Below are positions 57,280 to 64,000 of a stretch of DNA of 64,000 bases, piece by piece (position 1 is the stretch's first letter; each line of letters starts with the position of its first letter). The stretch is taken from IMG/VR virus record IMGVR_UViG_3300033143_004581, positions 3,131 to 67,130 of that record, one strand, 5' to 3'. This stretch comes from a virus. The translations under genes and the position numbers were made by a program. The notes below the pieces were generated by a model. It had not been told where the DNA came from. It made no database searches and was given only the letters and a program-made list of their open reading frames with translations.

Positions 57280-60200
57280 TTACCTCCAAAAAAATAACAT
57301 TTTCTGGCTATTATTATTACCTAAATGTAACAAATAACTATTAAAACCTTTATCCCTGATAAAACTTATTAAATCATTAAGAACCTTCTCATCTTTTTTA
57401 AAATGTGAATGATGATATTCTAATGAAATTTTCTTAATTTTATCATAATTTTTAATACTATACAAGATAGAAAGTTCAGATCCTTCAGTGTCTATTTTCA
57501 AAAAATCTATCCTATCAAATAATCCATTATCAAAAAAATAATCAAGTTTATAACAATTTGTTTCTATATAAACATCACTATCACTAAATATTGTATGCCC
57601 ACCTATATGAGGAATTTTATATAATTTTATTTTTCCATTGTAATCTGTTATAGCGCAATTAAATGGATAACAATTTTTTGGTACATTCTTTTTTAACAAA
57701 GAAAATGAATATGGATCGGGTTCAAATAAATATATTTTATTTACTCCTCTTTCAGCAGCATAATTTGAAAAAATACCAATATTAGCACCAATATCAACTA
57801 CAATATCAGATCCATCTATTCTCATTTCTGGAATATACTCATAGTCTTTGTGATTATATATTTCATGATACATACCAACATACCATGAATTTTTTATTGC
57901 TTTATCAACAACACTTCCGCTCATATCAGTACTAACATCAATTTTTTTATTATGACTTATCCAAACTTCCAATGGTTTTCTATTATCATTGTTAATTAAA
58001 TCAAAAAAACTATCAATAATATTCAAATCCTTTTGACCATGAAAATAAATAACATCGTTTTTATTAGCTGGAATATATTGCCATCCTCTTTCCTCACCAA
58101 AATTATATGGACCATCTTTTTCCAAAAATGTTTTAAATCTTTCTATTGGTTCATCACATAAACCAGTTTCAAAATTCGATAATGGTAAATATTTATCAAA
58201 TTTATACTTCCATCTTAAAAGATTATCAAATCCTTCATCATTCCAGTAACATAAACGAGTATAATCTTTTTCTGATAAGGATTCATACATATCTATTATT
58301 TCTTGAAAAAACCATTTACATTTCTTGTTGAAAATAAAGAAACTAGCATGAGATAACAAAAAACCATTTCTCTCTATTTTATAGTATTCACAAAGTTTTT
58401 CGTTAAAATTTTGTACAGCCTTTTCACCATCAATAGTTTTCCAAGCTACATAGTCATCAAGAATATGTCTATCTGGAATGGGATAATTATCTAACTGATT
58501 GAAATAATTTCTAACCTTATTAATGTTTTTATTAACAATAGCATCGCTATCTATCCAAACAAACTTAGTAAAATCAGTATTTTCTATAGCATCTATACAG
58601 CTTCTTTGTTTGAAATACCATATATCGTTTTTACTATTTATATCCAAATTCAATCTTTTAGGAATGACACAATCATAATTATCATAATTTATATCACAAT
58701 TTATACCATAAACAAGTATATTCATATCAGAATATTCTGATATACTTTTCACCAATTTTTCAGTAAGAGGAATATAATTTTCATCACAAGCTGTTATAAA
58801 CACAACATCATTTTTTCTACTAATCTTTTGTAAAACACCTATACCAGCCCATGATTGTTTCTCATTAAATTCAATTTTTTTACCTTTCAATTCATTCCAG
58901 AATTTACTAACATAACAATCACTCTCTCTATGATACTGACTATCATTTATATCATGAAATAATATAAAACCATTATCTTTTACAAAATCTTCATACATTT
59001 CGTAATCTTTTTTAACACCATCATATGTATGATCACCATCAATAAAAAGAACATCAAGTTTTTCACCATTTAAAACATTTTTAACCTTTTCTCTTGTTTC
59101 TTCATTATGTGAATCACCTGATATTATATTAACATTATTAATAAGATTTTTGAGATTAAAATCTCTAAGATAAACATTATAATTATCATGACCAAATTTA
59201 GAATGCGGCATATCAACGCTTATTTTTTTACCAGAAAACAAAGAAGACAAATAATATAAAGTACCACCTTTATCAGTACCTATTTCCATATAATTATTCA
59301 TTTTTCCTAATGATTTTAAATAATTATACAAACTCTTTATTTCACTTTCTACTTGATTCATGCCAAGATCTTTACTTACCATATAATTATCATATACTAA
59401 TTCATTTATAATATTATTCGCTATTTTTGCTACATTTTCCCAGGTAAAAATACCACTAACAATTTTAGAACCATTCAAAGCAATTTTTTTCTTTGTTTCA
59501 TATTCTTCTTTTACTTCTCTCATTTTTTCAACAAGATCATCAAAATCTGGTTCTGACCACAATCCTGGTGGATCATCATATCCTAATAACTGATAAGGTT
59601 TTTCCATTGATTTTATTCTAACTTTTGTTGAAATATTATCAGCAAAATCAAGCTGAGCACCATAATCACTACAAATAGTAGGAACACCACAAGCTATCGC
59701 TTCTATTAATGGTAAATTAAAACCTTCCGCTCTTGAGCAAGAAACAAAACAATTACAATGTTGTAATAATCTAATATATTCATCTTCAGGTAAAAATGAT
59801 AAAAATATCAATCTATTATCATTTGGAATGTTATAATATTCTAATCTTTCTTTTGTTGATTTACATCCATCAGTTGGAAAAGGATTATCAACAAGACAAA
59901 TCATTTTGATATCCTTTTCTTTAGGAAAGGCTTTAAGAAATGATCTTATTATTTCTGTGGTTGATTTTCTATGCTCCCATCTACCAACAAGAAAAAAAGT
60001 AAAAACATCATTATCAATAGTTTCTGTTGTTGGATGATATTTAATTATATTAACACCCTCTGGAACTATTTTAACCTTTTCAGCTGGATATCCTTGTTCT
60101 ATAGAACAATCCCTTTGCCATTTTGAAGGAACCCATAATTGATCAAATTCTAATAACCTTGAGAAAAATTGTTCCGGTTGTCTTGTGCTTTCCCATACAT

Positions 60201-60483
60201 TATAAGCAATTTTAATATTGTTACCATAATCAAAATGATATGGGTTATCTTTTGGTTGATCCCAATAATAATAATGATTTGTTGTTTCAAGAACTATATT
60301 GATTGGATTTTTTGGAAATGGGATACCCAATAAAGGATGTTTATATGGGTATCCGGTGGAAAAACTTCTTATAGATATTGGTAAATCTGATACTTTACTT
60401 AAAGCAGTAAAAAAATTTCTCGAATGATTAGCATATCCAGTCGTACCAAGAAAAGAACAATGCCCTATAATACCATCAATCAT
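57280..60483 (-). CDS. Multidomain GT4 glycosyltransferase + class I methyltransferase + GT-A-like + FkbM methyltransferase
   Basis: TGYANHSR, RAEGFNLPLIEAIACG; MEIGTDKGG, FIDGDHTYDGV; WIDSDAI; VDIGANIG, LKIDTEGSE. Confidence 0.85.
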   Translation of the reverse strand: MIDGIIGHCSFLGTTGYANHSRNFFTALSKVSDLPISIRSFSTGYPYKHPLLGIPFPKNPINIVLETTNHYYYWDQPKDNPYHFDYGNNIKIAYNVWESTRQPEQFFSRLLEFDQLWVPSKWQRDCSIEQGYPAEKVKIVPEGVNIIKYHPTTETIDNDVFTFFLVGRWEHRKSTTEIIRSFLKAFPKEKDIKMICLVDNPFPTDGCKSTKERLEYYNIPNDNRLIFLSFLPEDEYIRLLQHCNCFVSCSRAEGFNLPLIEAIACGVPTICSDYGAQLDFADNISTKVRIKSMEKPYQLLGYDDPPGLWSEPDFDDLVEKMREVKEEYETKKKIALNGSKIVSGIFTWENVAKIANNIINELVYDNYMVSKDLGMNQVESEIKSLYNYLKSLGKMNNYMEIGTDKGGTLYYLSSLFSGKKISVDMPHSKFGHDNYNVYLRDFNLKNLINNVNIISGDSHNEETREKVKNVLNGEKLDVLFIDGDHTYDGVKKDYEMYEDFVKDNGFILFHDINDSQYHRESDCYVSKFWNELKGKKIEFNEKQSWAGIGVLQKISRKNDVVFITACDENYIPLTEKLVKSISEYSDMNILVYGINCDINYDNYDCVIPKRLNLDINSKNDIWYFKQRSCIDAIENTDFTKFVWIDSDAIVNKNINKVRNYFNQLDNYPIPDRHILDDYVAWKTIDGEKAVQNFNEKLCEYYKIERNGFLLSHASFFIFNKKCKWFFQEIIDMYESLSEKDYTRLCYWNDEGFDNLLRWKYKFDKYLPLSNFETGLCDEPIERFKTFLEKDGPYNFGEERGWQYIPANKNDVIYFHGQKDLNIIDSFFDLINNDNRKPLEVWISHNKKIDVSTDMSGSVVDKAIKNSWYVGMYHEIYNHKDYEYIPEMRIDGSDIVVDIGANIGIFSNYAAERGVNKIYLFEPDPYSFSLLKKNVPKNCYPFNCAITDYNGKIKLYKIPHIGGHTIFSDSDVYIETNCYKLDYFFDNGLFDRIDFLKIDTEGSELSILYSIKNYDKIKKISLEYHHSHFKKDEKVLNDLISFIRDKGFNSYLLHLGNNNSQKMLFFWR

Positions 60484-60500
60484 ACTTTAATAATCTTCCT

Positions 60501-61127
60501 TTACATATTTTTTTCAAACCAATTTTTAGCTATATCCAGTATTCTGTTCTTATCTTTGTCATAATTACCAATATGGTACATTAAACCATAATCCTTTACA
60601 TGAAATAATTCATGATATTTTAATCCATATTTAGCTAAATTTCTCGATATAATATATTCATCAACACATTTTCTTGGTGTATAAATATTTTCCATCATTT
60701 CTTCTTCGGTTAAGTCCTGTGGAAATTCCCATAAATCATGTGTTAATCTTGAAGTAGCAATCAAACAACTAGACAATCCTATATTTCTACCATCACGAAT
60801 GAAATATTTATCTAATCTAAATTTATCAGATATTTTATATTCATCTTTATTACCAACCACTCTTGGATCAAAATTTAAAAAAGGATTATAAGTATTGGGA
60901 TGTACTAAAACATCAGCATCTAATAACAAATTCCAGTCATAGTTTTGACCATAATCATAAACTTGAATTTTTTCTACCATTGGTGGTAAGTTCGGCCATT
61001 TTCTTTCACTAATAATGTTTATGTCTGCTGATATTTTTTTCGCATATCTTTCAACAGTTTTTATTGTTAATTCAAATAATTCTGGAAAATAATTATCAAC
61101 ATTCACAATATGTATACATATATTCAT
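60501..61127 (-). CDS. GT-A fold glycosyltransferase-like protein
   Basis: EKIQVY...LLLDADVLVH (DxD). Confidence 0.6.
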   Translation of the reverse strand: MNICIHIVNVDNYFPELFELTIKTVERYAKKISADINIISERKWPNLPPMVEKIQVYDYGQNYDWNLLLDADVLVHPNTYNPFLNFDPRVVGNKDEYKISDKFRLDKYFIRDGRNIGLSSCLIATSRLTHDLWEFPQDLTEEEMMENIYTPRKCVDEYIISRNLAKYGLKYHELFHVKDYGLMYHIGNYDKDKNRILDIAKNWFEKNM

Positions 61128-61128
61128 A

Positions 61129-62151
61129 TTAAAAAATCTCCTTTTCTATTTCTTCTTTAAGTTCTTCCAAAACATTACCCCATTTTCCAAACTCTTTTTG
61201 TCTCAACAACACAACATCTTTATAATACCAACTACCCTTGTCTTCTCTTTCATATATAAACCCCCAATATGGCAACATAGAAACCATTATAATGGTTTTT
61301 TTACCTAATCCAGCACTTAAATGTGCAACAGAAGTACAAGTGCTTATAACAAAATCCATTTGTTGTATTATATTAGATGTATCACAAAAATCTAATATGT
61401 TTGATTTAACAATAAAATCAGGTAAATGTATATAATCTTTTTCTAAAGAATAAAATTGAACAACATCTTTATATTTTTCAAGTATTTGTATTATATCTTC
61501 TACTTTAGGTGATCTATAATAATCATAATCAAAAAAATTACCACACTGAAATTTAACACCAACTTTTATTTTATCGCTTATTATATTATCATTTGATTTA
61601 TAAAATAAATGTGGTTCTCTCGGTATCTGATTATAATCAGTATAACCCATTATATTCTCAGAAGTTAATGATTGATAACAATAATCAATGTTTTCCTTTA
61701 CTTCTGAAATATTCTGATAGCATTTGTGTATATAAGATTGATGTTTAAGAAATGAATGTAGAGGTTTTGGTGCTAAAACAATCATATTAGCACCTAACTT
61801 ATTGATTTCTCTTACGAATTTTAATCCAACAAAAATATCACCATATCCGCCTTCGAGATCTACTAAAATATTTTTATTTTGTAAATTACTTAAATTATTC
61901 AATATCGGATATGGAAAATTGAAAGGCTTGAAAATACCAGATTGTCTTCCACCATCATTTAACCGTTTCATACCTTCCTTTATATCACCTTTTCTTAAAT
62001 ACATGAAGGCTGAATTAAATATTACTCTATTATCATATGGTCTTTCTGTTAAAAGATGGTTTATAATTGAATCTGATTTATCAAAATCCCCTTTTAACGA
62101 ATAATACAATTGTTGATCTAATTTATCATGTTTTAACAGATTTGACTTCAT
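61129..62151 (-). CDS. TPR + GT9-like glycosyltransferase
   Basis: EGGYGDIF, DFVISTCTSVAHLSAGLGK, WYYKDVVLLRQ. Confidence 0.75.
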   Translation of the reverse strand: MKSNLLKHDKLDQQLYYSLKGDFDKSDSIINHLLTERPYDNRVIFNSAFMYLRKGDIKEGMKRLNDGGRQSGIFKPFNFPYPILNNLSNLQNKNILVDLEGGYGDIFVGLKFVREINKLGANMIVLAPKPLHSFLKHQSYIHKCYQNISEVKENIDYCYQSLTSENIMGYTDYNQIPREPHLFYKSNDNIISDKIKVGVKFQCGNFFDYDYYRSPKVEDIIQILEKYKDVVQFYSLEKDYIHLPDFIVKSNILDFCDTSNIIQQMDFVISTCTSVAHLSAGLGKKTIIMVSMLPYWGFIYEREDKGSWYYKDVVLLRQKEFGKWGNVLEELKEEIEKEIF

Positions 62152-62202
62152 ATTATACCCTTTCCCTTTAATAGTAAAATTCTTAAATATTACCAATTAT
62201 TT

Positions 62203-62817
62203 TTATTTTTTAATTCCCTTAACAGCTACCATTATTGATCTTTGTTGCATCATAATATCCACAATACTTAATTTCATCAAAATCTCTGATAAAATAGTCG
62301 GCATTATCATGCTTCGTCTTTTATACTTATCTTTACCATATAATACAAATATACCATTTTTCATTAAATAATTTGTTATTTCATTATTATTTAATTGTGA
62401 AGGAATGAAAAATTGACCAAATATATAATCTAAACATAGATCTTGAATGAAAATTTCACCACCATCTTTGAGATAATTATTTATCCAATATTCTAAATAT
62501 TTTTCATATTCATCTATTTCTATGGTAGTTAAAACATCAATTACAAGAATTTCATCAAATTTTTCTTTTATTGGTATATCCAAATATGATGATACTAAAA
62601 TTACTTTACGATTATCATTATTTTTTATTTCATCTAAAAATTTTTCATGTACTACATTAACACAATCATCACCTAAATTATTTTCACGATTAGTTATAAC
62701 TAATCGTGTTTTCTTTTCCTCACTGTCTATTAAATTAACAATATCACTAACCTTCTCTTCTTTTTCATTGATTCCATAAATTTTATAAATTTCAGTATCA
62801 TACATATTTTTTGACAT
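62203..62817 (-). CDS. Degenerate methyltransferase-like protein
   Basis: EKFDEILVIDVL...YLKDGGEIFI. Confidence 0.45.
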   Translation of the reverse strand: MSKNMYDTEIYKIYGINEKEEKVSDIVNLIDSEEKKTRLVITNRENNLGDDCVNVVHEKFLDEIKNNDNRKVILVSSYLDIPIKEKFDEILVIDVLTTIEIDEYEKYLEYWINNYLKDGGEIFIQDLCLDYIFGQFFIPSQLNNNEITNYLMKNGIFVLYGKDKYKRRSMIMPTILSEILMKLSIVDIMMQQRSIMVAVKGIKK

Positions 62818-62975
62818 ATTTTTACTCCTTTTTATCATTTATTTAATCACTTTATTTTCTATTTATTACAGATTTTAATATTTTATATATATAATTATAT
62901 TATATTATTTAACTTTTTCGTAAACTAATAAATTTTATTTTTATATAAAAAATTTTTTCTATAATCATTTGATTT

Positions 62976-64000
62976 CTATGTATCATATTGATACCAAATA
63001 TCACCATTATTTCCACCAGAAGGTGGATCACTAGATATATAAACCACAACAGATGTTCCTGAAGTTCCAGAAGAACCACTTGAACCACTTGTTCCTGAAG
63101 TTCCAGAAGATCCGCTTGTTCCAGAAGAACCACTTGAACCACTTGTTCCACTTGTTCCAGAAGAACCAGAAGAACCACTTGTTCCACTTGTTCCTGAAAC
63201 TTGTTCCACTTGTTCCAGAAGAACCAGAAGAACCACTTGTTCCACTTGTTCCTGAAGTTCCAGAAGATCCGCTTGTTCCTGAAGTTCCTGAAGAACCACT
63301 TGAACCACTTGTTCCTGAAGAACCACTTGAACCACTTGAACCGCTTGTTCCAGAAGAACCACTTGTTCCACTTGTTCCTGAAGAACCACTTGTTCCACTT
63401 GTTCCACTTGTTCCTGAAGTTCCTGAAGAACCACTTGAACCACTTGTTCCTGAAGTTCCTGAAGAACCACTTGAACCACTTGTTCCACTTGTTCCCGAAG
63501 AACCACTTGAACCACTTGTTCCCGAAGAACCACTTGAACCACTTGTTCCCGAAGAACCACTTGAACCACTTGAACCACTTGTTCCTGAAGATCCACTTGA
63601 ACCACTTGAACCACTTGTTCCCGAAGAACCACTTGAACCACTTGAACCACTTGTTCCTGAAGATCCACTTGAACCACTTGTTCCACTTGTTCCACTTGTT
63701 CCCGAAGAACCACTTGAACCACTTGTTCCACTTGTTCCACTTGTTCCCGAAGAACCACTTGAACCACTTGAACCACTTGTTCCTGAAGATCCACTTGAAC
63801 CACTTGAACCACTTGTTCCTGAAGATCCACTTGTTCCACTTGTTCCCGAAGAACCACTTGAACCACTTGAACCACTTGTTCCTGAAGAACCACTTGAACC
63901 ACTTGAACCACTTGTTCCTGAAGATCCACTTGTTCCACTTGTTCCTGAAGATCCACTTGAACCACTTGTTCCACTTGTTCCCGAAGAACCACTTGAACCA
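62976..64000 (-). CDS. C-terminal part of a Ser/Gly/Thr low-complexity (TSG/SSG)n protein, probably a virion fibre; frameshift near 63198
   Basis: 9-bp units AGTGGTTCA/AGTGGAACA encode SGS/SGT; ends VYISSDPPSGGNNGDIWYQYDT, a tail-fibre-like GDIW motif; continues past the window edge. Confidence 0.7.
   Translation of the reverse strand, partial: VQVVLREQVEQVVQVDLQEQVEQVDLQEQVVQVVQVVLQEQVVQVVQVVLREQVEQVDLQEQVVQVVQVDLQEQVVQVVQVVLREQVEQVEQVVQVVLREQVEQVEQVVQVDLQEQVVQVVQVVLREQVVQVVQVDLQEQVVQVVQVVLREQVVQVVLREQVVQVVLREQVEQVVQVVLQELQEQVVQVVLQELQEQVEQVEQVVLQEQVEQVVLLEQAVQVVQVVLQEQVVQVVLQELQEQADLLELQEQVEQVVLLVLLEQVEQVSGTSGTSGSSGSSGTSGTSGSSGSSGTSGSSGTSGTSGSSGSSGTSGTSVVVYISSDPPSGGNNGDIWYQYDT
63055..64000. 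repeat. 9-bp-period low-complexity tandem repeat
   Basis: Mixed GAACCACTT/GTTCCACTT/CCTGAAGAA units over ~950 bp. Confidence 0.95.

Noticed and set aside
62976-63992. ORF-track proteins rich in EQVVQV (62976-63992 upstream part and 62909-63187)
   Set aside because: Off-frame readings of the 9-bp repeat; the S/G/T frame matches the real C-terminus
63055-64000. Possible CRISPR array
   Set aside because: 9-bp coding units with no unique spacers; no cas genes in the window

Overview
A 64-kb AT-rich segment of a large T4-like myophage with a bacterial host (GH108 lysin, AGGAGG ribosome-binding sites, sigma70/T4-early-type TTTAC(A/T)-N16/17-TAnnnT promoters, T4-late TATAAATA boxes). The left part is mostly on the + strand: five tandem RCC1-repeat genes, a frameshifted metallophosphoesterase, a tRNA-Leu(UAA) split by a group I intron, clamp loader and clamp, and a self-contained four-gene ubiquitin-like conjugation operon (Ubl, E2-like, E1/ThiF, JAB). 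These are followed by lysin, PIN-PhoH, nine small genes with capsid-targeting-like N-termini, UvsW/UvsY, an intein-containing gp41 helicase, UDG and dUTPase. The right part is mostly on the - strand and holds a rearranged T4-type morphogenesis module. It includes a portal with two tandem mini-inteins, a PrkA/YeaG-YeaH-SpoVR-RmlB block between the small and large terminase genes, and a likely -1 frameshifted tail chaperone before a tape-measure-like gene. The window ends with a glycosyl/methyl/sulfo-transferase cluster next to a Ser/Gly/Thr repeat protein. The best candidate for an undescribed system is the phage-encoded Ubl-E2-E1-JAB operon. All calls come from motif recognition by eye; no database searches were run.
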